DNA of 64,000 bases. Source: Dehalococcoidia bacterium (lineage in GTDB: Bacteria > Chloroflexota > Dehalococcoidia > UBA2979). Positions 21,854-31,790 of the stretch are shown here, piece after piece (position 1 is the first letter of the stretch; every line of letters begins with the position of its first letter). Made by a program: the position numbers and the translations under genes. A model generated the notes under the pieces. The model was not told the DNA's origin, did no database searches, and was given only the letters and a program-made list of their open reading frames with translations. Where the stretch lies: the NCBI GenBank assembly GCA_964291495.2, contig OZ219871.1, positions 1,248,001-1,312,000 of the forward strand, read 5' to 3'.

Positions 21854-24800
21854 ATGTTCACGCACCTCCATACACACACCGAGTACTCACTGCTGGACGG
21901 GCTCAGCACCATCCCGGACCTCATCGCGCGCGCGAAAGCGCTCGGGCAGGACGCCCTCGCCATCACCGACCACGGCAACCTGCACGGCGCCCTCCAGTTC
22001 TACGAGGAGGCCCGCGCCAACGAGCTCAAGCCGATCATCGGCCTCGAGGGCTACGTCGCGCCGGGCAGCCGCTTCGACCGCAGCGCCGCCTCGCGCACGC
22101 CCTTCCACCTCACCCTGCTCGCGCAGAACGAGACCGGCTACCGCAACCTGCTCAAGCTCTCCAGCGCCTCCCACCTCGAAGGCTTCTACTACCGCCCGCG
22201 CGTCGACCGCGAGCTGCTCGAACGGCACAATGAAGGCCTGATCGCGCTCTCCGCCTGCCCCTCCGGCGAGGTGATGACGGCGCTCCAGGAGGAGCGCGAG
22301 CCCGACGCTCGCGAGGCCCTCGGCTGGTACGCCGACGTCTTCCCCGGCCGCTACTACGTCGAGCTACAAGAGCACGGCCAGGAGCAGTTCAGCCGCTTCA
22401 CGCCGCGGCTCGTCTCGCTCGCCCGCGAGTTCGACCTGCCGCTGGTGCTGACCAACGACTCGCACTACACGACGCCCGAGCAGGAGCACCCGCACGACGT
22501 ACTGCTCTGCATCGGCACCAACTCGACGATTCACGAGACCGACCGCATGAAGCTCGAGAGCGGCACCTTCTACCTGCGCTCCGAGGACGAGATGCGCGCG
22601 CTGCTGCCCGAGCTGCCCGAGGCCTGCGACTCCACCTCGCGCATCGCCGAGCAGGTCGACATCCAGCTCGACTTCGGCCGCACGCTGCTGCCCGACCCCG
22701 GCATCCCCGAGGGCCTGACCGCCGACGCCTACCTGCACCGGCTCTGCGAGGAAGGTCTCGAGCGGCGCTACCGTGATCCCGGCGAGGAGCAGCGCGAGCG
22801 GCTCCGCTACGAGATCGAGGTGATCGCGGAGACCGGGTTCGCCGAGTACATCCTGATCGTGCGTGACATCGCCCGCTTCGCCCGCGAGCAGCGCATCCCG
22901 ATGGGCGTGCGGGGCTCCGCCGCCGCCTCGATCGTCCTCTACTGTCTGGACGTCACCGACATCGAGCCGACGCAGTACCGGCTCGTCTTCGAGCGCTTCC
23001 TCAACCCCGAGCGGCGCGAGATGCCGGACGTCGACTTCGACTTCGCCGACGACCGCCGCGAGGAGGTAATCCGCTACGCCGCCGAGCGCTATGGCCGCGA
23101 CCGCGTCGCGCAGATCGTCACCTTCGGGACGCTCGGCGCGAAGGCCGCGATCCGCGACACGGGGCGCGCCCTCGGCATGTCCTACGGCGAGGTCGACCGC
23201 GTCGCCCGGCTCGTGCCCAACTCGCTCGGCATGACCCTCGACCAGGCGCTCAGCGAGGTCGAGGACCTGCGGCGCGCATTCGAGGAGGACCAGGCGGTCG
23301 GCGAGCTGCTGGACACCGCGCGCAGCCTCGAGGGCGTCGCCCGCCATGCGAGCACGCACGCCGCCGGCATCGTGATCTCGCGCGAGCCGCTGGTCGACGT
23401 CGCGCCGCTGCAGCGCGCCACCTCCGCCCGCGAGGACGACGAGCAGCCGCTGCCGACGACGCAGTTCGACATGAACGACGTGGCGAAGATCGGGCTGCTC
23501 AAGCTCGACTTCCTCGGGCTGGCGAACCTCACGATCCTCGGTCGCGCCGCCGACCTGATCGGCGAGCACCTCGGCGAGCCGCTGGACCTCGAGGCGATCC
23601 CCGACGGGGACGAAGCCACGGCGGACCTGCTACGCGAGGGACGAACGTTCGGCGTCTTCCAGCTGGAGGGCGCCGGGATGCGGCGCTGGGTGACGGAGCT
23701 GCAGCCGCGCGACATCCGCGAGCTGGCGGCGATGATCGCCCTCTACCGCCCCGGCCCGATGGAGCACATCCCGCGCTACATCGAGGTCAAGCACGGCCGC
23801 GCCGCGCCGCACTACCCGCACGAGGACCTCGCGGGCGTCCTCGACGAGACGTACGGGGTGATCACCTACCAGGACCAGGTGCTGGAGATCGCGCGCACCT
23901 TCGCCGGCTACTCGCTCGGCCACGCCGACGTGATGCGCAAGGCGATGGGCAAGAAGATCCCGGAGGTGATGCTCGCCGAGCGCGACAGCTTCATCGAGGG
24001 CGCGCTGGCCAACGGCTACGACCAACGCCTCGCGGAGCAGCTCTTCGACATGATCGAGCCGTTCGCCGGCTACGCCTTCAACAAGGCGCACGCCTTCTCC
24101 TACGGGGTGATCGCCTACCGTACCGCCTGGCTGAAGGCGCATTACCCGGTGCAGTTCATGACCGCGGTGCTGATGGCCGCGGGCGCGCACCCGACGGGGG
24201 CGCAGGAGCGCATCGCGGCGGCGGTCGCCGAGTGTCTTCGTCTCGGCATCTCCGTCCTGCCACCGGACGTCAACCGCTCCGGCGTCAACTTCGCGATCGA
24301 GCGCGTCGGCGACCCCGCGGCCTCCGAGGAGCCGGCGATCCGCTTCGGCATGGCGCAGATCAAGAACGTCGGCGCGGCCGCCGTGGAGGGCCTCGTCGCC
24401 GAGCGCGAGAAGGACGGTCCGTTCGCCTCGATCGAGGACTTCGCGCGCCGCGTCAACGCACGAGACTGCAACCGCCGCGTGCTCGAATCGCTCGCCAAGG
24501 CCGGCGCGCTCGACTGCCTCGGCAGCGACGGCGTGGACCGCTCCGCGATCGTCTACGGCGTGGACCGCATCCTCACCGTCGCGCAGGAGGCGCAGCGCCA
24601 GCGCGACACCGGCCAGACCTCGATGTTCGACCTGTTCGGCGACGAGGTGGACACGCCGCTGCCGGCGCTGGAACTCGAGCCCGTCACGACGCCGCAGCGA
24701 GAGCTGCTGGGCTGGGAGCGCGAGCTGCTCGGCGCCTACGTCTCGGCGCATCCGTTTCGGGAGGCGGCGAAGCGCCTCGCGGAGCACGTCACGCACCAGA

Positions 24801-25663
24801 CGCCGGAGCTGACGGCGGAGCTCGCCGGCCTCGAGGCGGCCGTGGCCGGGATGGTCACGGGCGTGCGGCGGCTGACGACGCGCCAGGGCAAGGCCTTCGC
24901 CGCCGTCACCGTCGAGGACCTCAGCGGCACGGCCGAGCTGACCGTCTGGCCCGACTCCTACGAGGAGCACCAGGGTCTGCTGGTGCATGGCAACGTGCTG
25001 CTGGCGAAGGTGGAGATTCGCGAGCGCGGCGACCGCCTCACGCTCGCCGTCGCCGAGCTCGCCCCGTACGACCAGGAACAACGCAAGCTGCTCAACTTCG
25101 ATCCCGCCCGGTTCACGCCCTCGCGAGGCCGGCGCCGGCAGCGCGGCGCGGACCGGGCAGCTGCCAACGGCGCCAACGGCAACGGCGCGGCGCCCCATCT
25201 CGAGGCGGTCCCGCCGATCGCCGAGGCGACAGCGAGCGGCAACGGGAACGGACGCGGTGTCCCGGCTGCGGCCTCGCCGCCGGGCAACGGCATGCACGGC
25301 CCGGCAGCCGCAGCGAACGGCGGCCGCCGCAACGGCGCGCCGGGCGGACGGCGAGCGCGCCCGGCTCCGCCTCCGGACGGGCCGGAGCGGCTCTGGATCC
25401 TGGTCGAGGAGACGACGGACACCGGCGCGGACCGCCGCCGCCTCGGCAAGATCGTGCAGCTGCTCGAGGCCCACCCCGGCGCGCAGCCCGTGGAGATCGA
25501 GCTCCAGGCGCAGGACGGCCGCAGCGAGCGCCTGCGCCTGCCTCCCGTCGCCGACATCGAGGCCCTCGTGCCCCAGCTCAAGCCGCTGCTCGGCGTGCTC
25601 GGCAGCGCCGCCCGCGCCGGCGACGAGCAGCCAGAGGCGCTCACCACGGCGGAGGCGATCTAG
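21854..25663 (+). CDS. dnaE: DNA polymerase III alpha subunit
   Basis: PHP HLHTH..TDHG..NDSH, MPDVDFDF, KLDFLGL, YAFNKAH, OB fold; TTGACA at 21761. Confidence 0.98.
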   Translation: MFTHLHTHTEYSLLDGLSTIPDLIARAKALGQDALAITDHGNLHGALQFYEEARANELKPIIGLEGYVAPGSRFDRSAASRTPFHLTLLAQNETGYRNLLKLSSASHLEGFYYRPRVDRELLERHNEGLIALSACPSGEVMTALQEEREPDAREALGWYADVFPGRYYVELQEHGQEQFSRFTPRLVSLAREFDLPLVLTNDSHYTTPEQEHPHDVLLCIGTNSTIHETDRMKLESGTFYLRSEDEMRALLPELPEACDSTSRIAEQVDIQLDFGRTLLPDPGIPEGLTADAYLHRLCEEGLERRYRDPGEEQRERLRYEIEVIAETGFAEYILIVRDIARFAREQRIPMGVRGSAAASIVLYCLDVTDIEPTQYRLVFERFLNPERREMPDVDFDFADDRREEVIRYAAERYGRDRVAQIVTFGTLGAKAAIRDTGRALGMSYGEVDRVARLVPNSLGMTLDQALSEVEDLRRAFEEDQAVGELLDTARSLEGVARHASTHAAGIVISREPLVDVAPLQRATSAREDDEQPLPTTQFDMNDVAKIGLLKLDFLGLANLTILGRAADLIGEHLGEPLDLEAIPDGDEATADLLREGRTFGVFQLEGAGMRRWVTELQPRDIRELAAMIALYRPGPMEHIPRYIEVKHGRAAPHYPHEDLAGVLDETYGVITYQDQVLEIARTFAGYSLGHADVMRKAMGKKIPEVMLAERDSFIEGALANGYDQRLAEQLFDMIEPFAGYAFNKAHAFSYGVIAYRTAWLKAHYPVQFMTAVLMAAGAHPTGAQERIAAAVAECLRLGISVLPPDVNRSGVNFAIERVGDPAASEEPAIRFGMAQIKNVGAAAVEGLVAEREKDGPFASIEDFARRVNARDCNRRVLESLAKAGALDCLGSDGVDRSAIVYGVDRILTVAQEAQRQRDTGQTSMFDLFGDEVDTPLPALELEPVTTPQRELLGWERELLGAYVSAHPFREAAKRLAEHVTHQTPELTAELAGLEAAVAGMVTGVRRLTTRQGKAFAAVTVEDLSGTAELTVWPDSYEEHQGLLVHGNVLLAKVEIRERGDRLTLAVAELAPYDQEQRKLLNFDPARFTPSRGRRRQRGADRAAANGANGNGAAPHLEAVPPIAEATASGNGNGRGVPAAASPPGNGMHGPAAAANGGRRNGAPGGRRARPAPPPDGPERLWILVEETTDTGADRRRLGKIVQLLEAHPGAQPVEIELQAQDGRSERLRLPPVADIEALVPQLKPLLGVLGSAARAGDEQPEALTTAEAI

Positions 25664-25734
25664 CGCCACTTCGGCCGTAGCGCCCGCGCCAGCGCTTGAG
25701 AAGATCGGGCGCTACTATCGGGCTCGTGCTACGC

Positions 25735-27762
25735 ATGACCCCCACGGCGCAGCGGTCGGCGCTACGGTTCCGCGAGGTCCTGACCCGCCGGATCGAGCGC
25801 TCGCCCCGCGCGGGGCCGATGGTGCTCGCAGCCGTCGTCGGGCTCGGCGCCGGGCTCGCCGCCGTCGGCTTCTCGATCCTCGTCGAACTGAGCGACCGCT
25901 TCTTCTTCGACATCCTCAAGGACGAGTGGCTGGTCGGACTGCCCAACGCGCGGCTGATCCTGATCCCCGCGATCGGCGGGCTGCTCGTTGGCCCGATCAC
26001 CTACCTCCTCGCGCCGGGGGCGCGGGGCCACTCGATCCCCGAGGTGATGGCGGCGCTGGACTCGCGCGGCGGGCGGCTGCCAGCCACAGATGCGGTCGCG
26101 AAGATCGCCGCGGCGACGATCACGATCGGCTCCGGCGGCGCCGTGGGGAGGCAGGGGCCGGTCGTCTTCATCGGCGCGGCGTTCGGCTCCCTCGCCGGGC
26201 GCATCCTGCTGCTCAACGAGCAGACGATGCGGCTGCTCGCGGCGGCGGGCGCGGCCGGCGGGGTCGCAGGCGTCTTCAACGCGCCGATCGCCGGCGTCTT
26301 CTTCGCGCTCGAGGTGCTGTTGCGGCGCTTCAGCACGCGCAACTTCAGCACCGTCGTGCTCGCCTCGATCGTCGCAACGGTCACCGCGATCGCGTTGCGC
26401 GGCGACGAGCTGGCGATCCCCGTGCCGACCCACCAGCACCTGACGAGCATCGAGGAGGCCCCGCTCTACGCCGTGCTCGGCGTGCTGTGCGGGCTCGTCG
26501 GCGTCGCCTTCATCCGCGTCTTCTACTGGACCGAGGATGGCGTCGCACGCCTCTCCGGCATCCCGGGCTGGCTGCTGCCGGCCGTCGGCGGCGCAATCGT
26601 CGGCGCGCTCGCCCTGTACGACGGGAGCATCCTCGGCATCCGCGAGATCGCCCGCGACGAGGCGCTCACCGGGGAAGGCGTGGTCGGCGTCATGCTGGCC
26701 CTGCTGCTGCTGAAGATGGCGGCGACCTCGATCAGCGCCGGCAGCGGGGGCAGCGGCGGCGTGTTCTTCCCCGCGCTCTTCATCGGCGCGATGACCGGCG
26801 GCGTCTTCGAGGAGGCCGCGGTCTACCTGCTTCCCGACGTTGTCGACGACTCCGGCACGTACGCCACCGTGGGGATGGCCGCCGTGTTCGCCGCCGCCTC
26901 GCGTGCCCCGATCACCTCGACCCTGATCCTCGTGGAGATGACGGATGACTTCGGCCTGATGGTGCCGCTGCTGATCTCCATCACCGCCGCCACCGTCGTC
27001 TCCCAGCTGCTCAGCCGGGGCACGATCTACTCGATCAAGGCGGAGCGCCTCGGCGTCGCCATCGAGGAGGACGTGGAGCCCTCGGACGTGATGGCGCAGT
27101 TGCGCGTCTCGGATGCGATGTCGCCGATGATGGTGGCATTCGGCCCCGACGCCACCCTCGACGAGATCACGCTGGCGTTCGAGGGCGACCCGGATCCGAT
27201 CGCCCTCGTGGTACGGGAGAACGGCGAGATCTACGGCATCCTCACCGGCGCCGACATCGGCGAGGCGCTCGCCCACGGCGAGCAGAACGCCACGGCGGCC
27301 GACATCTGCACGACGTACCTGCGCACGATCCACCCGGACCAGACGCTGCTCGAGGCGCTCAACCTCTTCGCCTCGCAAGACATCCGCGCACTGCCCGTGG
27401 TGGAGCCCGACGACCCGTGGCGCCCCGCCGGGCTGCTGCGCCGCGGCGACATCACGCGCGCCTACGCCGAGGCCGTGGACCGCCGCGCATCGCGCGCCCG
27501 GCGGCGGCGCCTGCGGCCCGTGCGGCGCAGCGACAACGTGCGCTACCTGGAGCTGCGCGTCACGCACGAGAGCGGCCTCGACGGCAAGGAACTCTCCGAC
27601 ATCGATCTCACCGAGGACGCCGTGATCGTCGCGGTCCGCCACGAGGGCGCCACGCTGATCCCGCGCGGCCACACGCGGCTCGCCGAGGGCGACCGCGTCA
27701 CGATCATCGCCAGCGCCGCGGCCGTCGCCGAGGTGCGGGCGACGTTTGAGGGCCACTCGTGA
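25735..27762 (+). CDS. ClC-family chloride channel/transporter with CBS pair and TrkA-C domain
   Basis: GHSIPEV, GRQGP, FNAPIAG, GGVFFP, IY motifs; CBS domains; C-terminal IPRGHTRLAEGD. Confidence 0.92.
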   Translation: MTPTAQRSALRFREVLTRRIERSPRAGPMVLAAVVGLGAGLAAVGFSILVELSDRFFFDILKDEWLVGLPNARLILIPAIGGLLVGPITYLLAPGARGHSIPEVMAALDSRGGRLPATDAVAKIAAATITIGSGGAVGRQGPVVFIGAAFGSLAGRILLLNEQTMRLLAAAGAAGGVAGVFNAPIAGVFFALEVLLRRFSTRNFSTVVLASIVATVTAIALRGDELAIPVPTHQHLTSIEEAPLYAVLGVLCGLVGVAFIRVFYWTEDGVARLSGIPGWLLPAVGGAIVGALALYDGSILGIREIARDEALTGEGVVGVMLALLLLKMAATSISAGSGGSGGVFFPALFIGAMTGGVFEEAAVYLLPDVVDDSGTYATVGMAAVFAAASRAPITSTLILVEMTDDFGLMVPLLISITAATVVSQLLSRGTIYSIKAERLGVAIEEDVEPSDVMAQLRVSDAMSPMMVAFGPDATLDEITLAFEGDPDPIALVVRENGEIYGILTGADIGEALAHGEQNATAADICTTYLRTIHPDQTLLEALNLFASQDIRALPVVEPDDPWRPAGLLRRGDITRAYAEAVDRRASRARRRRLRPVRRSDNVRYLELRVTHESGLDGKELSDIDLTEDAVIVAVRHEGATLIPRGHTRLAEGDRVTIIASAAAVAEVRATFEGHS

Positions 27763-27851
27763 CACAGCGGCGGTCGCCCGGCGCGCCCCTCCCGGCCTGA
27801 ACGGGTAGACTGAACCCACGGCCCCTTCCTGCCCGTTCGAGACGGAAGGCG

Positions 27852-28862
27852 ATGGCGCAGCAATCCCCCGAGGCAGAGGCCCTGCGACCGCCCGACGAAG
27901 CCGGGTCGTCCCGCACGCAGTCCGTGATCGGGAACGTGACGAGCGAGATCGGGCGCGTCATCGTCGGACAGGACCAGCTGATCGAGCGGCTGCTGGTCGC
28001 CCTCCTCACGGGGCAGCACGCGCTGATCGAGGGCGCCCCCGGCCTCGCCAAGACGCTGACGGTCTCGACGCTGGCGCGCACCCTCAAGCTCTCCTTCTCG
28101 CGCATCCAGTTCACGCCGGACCTGCTGCCGGCGGACATCACCGGCACGCTCGTCTTCCAGCAGTCGGACGGCCAGTTCCGGCTGCGGCGGGGCCCGCTCT
28201 TCGCGAACGTCATCCTCGCGGACGAGATCAATCGCGCGCCCGCCAAGGTGCAGTCGGCGCTCCTCGAGGCGATGCAGGAGCGCCAGGTCACGATCGGCGG
28301 CACGAGCTACCCCCTGCCGCAACCGTTCTTCGTGCTCGCCACCCAGAACCCGATCGAGCACGAGGGCACCTACCCCCTGCCCGAGGCGCAGCTCGACCGC
28401 TTCATGCTGAAGATCCTCGTCGGCTACCCGGATCGGGAGTCCGAGCGCAGCATCATCCGCCGCGCGCTCGAGCAGGAGGACGTCGAGGTGGAGCCCGCCG
28501 CCGGACAGCGCGACCTCGAGGCGCTCACCCTCGAGAGCCGGCGGATCGAGGTGAACGAACGCATCCGCGAGTACATCGTGCGGCTGCTGGAGGCGACGCG
28601 GGAGCCCGCGCGCTACCAGCTCGAGGATCTGGAGCCGCTGATCGAGTTCGGCGCATCGCCGCGCTCCGGCGCGATGCTGGCGCAGGCGGTGCGCAGCCTC
28701 GCCTGCATTCGCGGGCGCGGCTACGCCCTGCCCGAGGACGTAAAGGAACTCGCCCCGGACGTGCTCCGCCACCGGCTGGTGCTCACCTACGAGGCCGAGG
28801 CGCGAGGCGTCAGCCCCGACCAGATCGTAGAGCGGCTGCTGGCCGGCGTCGGGATCCCCTGA
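27852..28862 (+). CDS. moxR: MoxR-family AAA+ ATPase (bat-type operon)
   Basis: [52 protein letters not shown]. Confidence 0.95.
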   Translation: MAQQSPEAEALRPPDEAGSSRTQSVIGNVTSEIGRVIVGQDQLIERLLVALLTGQHALIEGAPGLAKTLTVSTLARTLKLSFSRIQFTPDLLPADITGTLVFQQSDGQFRLRRGPLFANVILADEINRAPAKVQSALLEAMQERQVTIGGTSYPLPQPFFVLATQNPIEHEGTYPLPEAQLDRFMLKILVGYPDRESERSIIRRALEQEDVEVEPAAGQRDLEALTLESRRIEVNERIREYIVRLLEATREPARYQLEDLEPLIEFGASPRSGAMLAQAVRSLACIRGRGYALPEDVKELAPDVLRHRLVLTYEAEARGVSPDQIVERLLAGVGIP

Positions 28863-28864
28863 GC

Positions 28865-29839
28865 GTGCGCGCACGCCTGCTCGGCCTGCTGCGCGGCGGG
28901 GCGAGGGGGCCCCGCGACACGCACGATCTGCGCCCCGAATCCCTCGAGGGAGCCAGCGCGCCCCCGCTCCCGCCGCGCCTGCTCGCCTCCGCGCGCCGCC
29001 TCGAGATCCGCGCCCGCCGGCTCGTCACCAGCGAGCTCGGCGGCGAGTACCGCAGCACCTTCCGCGGTGCCGGCATCGAGTTCGCCGAGGCGCGCGAGTA
29101 CGTCCCCGGCGACGACGTGCGCCGCATCGACTGGAACGTCACCGCGCGCATGGGCGCGCCCTGGGTCAAGGAGTACATCGAGGAGCGCGAGCTGCACCTC
29201 GTCTGCGCCGTCGATGTCTCCGCCTCGCAGCTGGCCGGGCGGCCCGCGCAGGGCCGTCGCGACGCCGCCGCCGAGGTCTGCGCGCTGGTCACGCTCGCCG
29301 CCGCCTACAGCCACGACCGCACCGGCCTGCTGACCTTCAGCAACCGCATCGAGCGCTACGTGCCGCCCGCCAAGGGCACGCGCCACGCGATGCGCCTCGT
29401 GCGCGAGGTGCTGCAGCCCGACCAGCCGCAGCCGACCACCTCGATCGCCACGGCCTGCGACTACCTCGTGCGCGTGCTGCGCCGCCGCTCCACCGTCTTC
29501 CTCATCTCGGACTTCATCGACGACGGTTACGAGCGGCCCCTGCGCGATCTCGCCCGCCGCCACGAGGTCATCGCCATCGTGCTCGTCGACCCGCTCGACG
29601 AGGCGCTGCCGGACGCCGGCATCGTCGAGCTCGAGGACATCGAGCGCGGGGGACGCCTGCTGGTCGACAGCTCCGACGAGGGCCTGCGCCGCCGCTACGC
29701 CGAGGCGGCTGCGGAGCGGCGGGAGCGGCGCGCCGCCACGCTGCGGCGCGCGGGCGTCGAGGAACTGATCGTGCGCACTGATGCCGACGCCGCCGCGCCC
29801 GTCCTCGAGTACTTCCGCCGCCGGAGCCGCCGCACATGA
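28865..29839 (+). CDS. DUF58 domain protein
   Basis: FRGAGIEFAEAREYVPGDDVRRIDWNVTAR, VDVSAS, LISDF. Confidence 0.93.
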   Translation: MRARLLGLLRGGARGPRDTHDLRPESLEGASAPPLPPRLLASARRLEIRARRLVTSELGGEYRSTFRGAGIEFAEAREYVPGDDVRRIDWNVTARMGAPWVKEYIEERELHLVCAVDVSASQLAGRPAQGRRDAAAEVCALVTLAAAYSHDRTGLLTFSNRIERYVPPAKGTRHAMRLVREVLQPDQPQPTTSIATACDYLVRVLRRRSTVFLISDFIDDGYERPLRDLARRHEVIAIVLVDPLDEALPDAGIVELEDIERGGRLLVDSSDEGLRRRYAEAAAERRERRAATLRRAGVEELIVRTDADAAAPVLEYFRRRSRRT

Positions 29840-30843
29840 CCCGCGCAGCGCTGGCGGTCGCGGCTCTGGCGCTGGCCGTTCTCGCGGTCGTCGGCGCGCT
29901 CGCCGTCGCGCCGGCCTCGGCGCAGCGGGCCTCGCCGCTGGAGTTGCGCGTCGAGGTGACGCCGCGCACGGCTACCCTCGGCGACCGGGTGCGGATCACG
30001 ATCATCGCCACGCACGCCGAGCCGCTGCTGCTCACCGCCGATCCGCCCTCGCGCGGGGACGAGTTGCAGCTGATCGAGGCGCTTCCCCCAGAAACCGTGA
30101 CGCTTCCCGACGGCTCGCTGCAGACCGAGATCGCGTTCACCGTCGCCGCGTTCACGCTCGGCGCGCAGGACGCCGGCCCCCTGCGCGTCTTCTGGCTGCG
30201 CCAGGACGGCAGCTCCGGCGAGGTGCAGGCGATCCCGCCCACCTTCGAGGTCGCAAGCGCGCTCCTCGACGACTCCGGGGCGCTGCGGCCGCTGAAGCCG
30301 CAGGCGGCGTTCGGCGAGCCGCCTCCCGCCTGGGTGCGCCCCGCGGTTGTGGGCGGCGCGCTGCTGGCGCTCGCGCTCCTCGCGGCGCTTGCCGTGCGCT
30401 GGCTGCGACGGCGCACCCCGGCGCCCGCCCCGCCGCCGGAGCAGCTCGATCTCGCACCCGAGACGTTCGCGCAGCGCCGGCTCGAGGCATTGGCCGCGAG
30501 CGGCGCCCTCGCACGCGGGGAATACGAGCGCTTCTACGGCACGCTCTCGATCGTGCTGCGCGACTATCTGGCGGCGCGCTTCAGCTTCAACGCCCCGGCC
30601 CTCACCACGCCCGAGCTGGACCGTTCGATGGGCGGCCACGGGGTGGAGCGCTGGCAGGCGCGACTCGCCGGCGGCCTGCTCGAACGCTGCGACGCCGCCG
30701 TCTACGCGGGCCGTCACCCCGATCCGGGCTCAGCCGACCACGATCTGACCGTGGCCTTCGAGATCATCGACCTGTCACGCACGCGCCCACCCACCCCCGC
30801 GGGCGCCTACGGCGGGGCCGGCCCGGCAGCGAGGCAACCATGA
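29836..30843 (+). CDS. Bat-operon membrane protein (exported Ig-like domain, TM helix, helical C-domain)
   Basis: Signal peptide, beta-rich domain, TM helix, LRDYLAARF..ALTTPEL; position between DUF58 and batA. Confidence 0.65.
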   Translation: MTRAALAVAALALAVLAVVGALAVAPASAQRASPLELRVEVTPRTATLGDRVRITIIATHAEPLLLTADPPSRGDELQLIEALPPETVTLPDGSLQTEIAFTVAAFTLGAQDAGPLRVFWLRQDGSSGEVQAIPPTFEVASALLDDSGALRPLKPQAAFGEPPPAWVRPAVVGGALLALALLAALAVRWLRRRTPAPAPPPEQLDLAPETFAQRRLEALAASGALARGEYERFYGTLSIVLRDYLAARFSFNAPALTTPELDRSMGGHGVERWQARLAGGLLERCDAAVYAGRHPDPGSADHDLTVAFEIIDLSRTRPPTPAGAYGGAGPAARQP

Positions 30844-31790
30844 GCTTCGCGACCCCCTGGCTGCTGCTGCTGCTCCCGCTTGCCGGGGCCTTCCTGCTCG
30901 CCCGCGCGCTGTTCCGGCCGCGGCGGCCCCGGCTCGCGGTCGCCGACCTCGCGCCGCTCAGCGCGGCCGCCGCCCCCAGCTGGCGGCTGCGGCTGCGCTG
31001 GCTGCCCTGGCTGCTGCGCGTCGCCGCGATCGCGCTGCTGATTCTTGCCGCCGCTCGCCCCCAGCGCGGTCTCGCCCTTACCACGCTCCCCGAGGACGGC
31101 ATCGACATCGTCGTCGTCCTCGATGTCTCCGGCTCGATGAGCCAGCTCGCCGAGCCGGGCCGGAACGCGCCCAGCAAGCTCGAGGCCGCGCAGGAGGTGA
31201 TCGGCGAGTTCATCGAGAGCCTCGAGGGCGACCGCATCGGCCTCGTCGCCTTCCAGTCGCGCGCGATCCTGCTCTCGCCGCTCACGCTCGATCACGACGC
31301 GCTCGGGCGGCAGGTCGAGGCCGCCGAGTCCGGGCTGATCCCGGACGGCACGGCGATCGGCCTCGGCATCGCCGAGGCGCTCAACCTGCTGCGCGAGTCG
31401 CCCGCGCGGAGCCGCATCGCCGTGCTGCTGACGGACGGCGAGAACAACCAGGGCGAGGTGCCGCCGATGCAGGCTGCGCGCATCGCCGAGACGCTCGGCA
31501 TCCGCGTCTACACGATCGGCCTTCACGGCGCCGCACGCGGCGGCAGCCAGGTCGACGTGCGGCTGCTGCAGCAGATCGCCGCCGTCACAGGCGCCGGCTA
31601 CTTCGACGCCGCCACGCAGGTCGAGCTCTCCGAGGCCTACCGCGAGGTCAGCCGGCTTGAACGCAGCCGCGTGGGAGAGCGGCGCTTCACCGAATTCCAC
31701 GAGTACGGGCCGCTGCTCGCAGTCGCCGCGCTGCTGCTGCTGGCGGCCGAGGCGGGCCTGCGCGCAACCGTCTTCCGGAGATACCCGTGA
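30840..31790 (+). CDS. batA: BatA-like VWA domain protein
   Basis: MSFATPWLLLLL, ARPQ, MIDAS DVSGS, GTAIGLG, LLTDGENN. Confidence 0.88.
   Translation: MSFATPWLLLLLPLAGAFLLARALFRPRRPRLAVADLAPLSAAAAPSWRLRLRWLPWLLRVAAIALLILAAARPQRGLALTTLPEDGIDIVVVLDVSGSMSQLAEPGRNAPSKLEAAQEVIGEFIESLEGDRIGLVAFQSRAILLSPLTLDHDALGRQVEAAESGLIPDGTAIGLGIAEALNLLRESPARSRIAVLLTDGENNQGEVPPMQAARIAETLGIRVYTIGLHGAARGGSQVDVRLLQQIAAVTGAGYFDAATQVELSEAYREVSRLERSRVGERRFTEFHEYGPLLAVAALLLLAAEAGLRATVFRRYP

Noticed and set aside
21854-25663. Intein in dnaE
   Set aside because: No splice-junction or LAGLIDADG motifs; the extra length comes from a low-complexity linker
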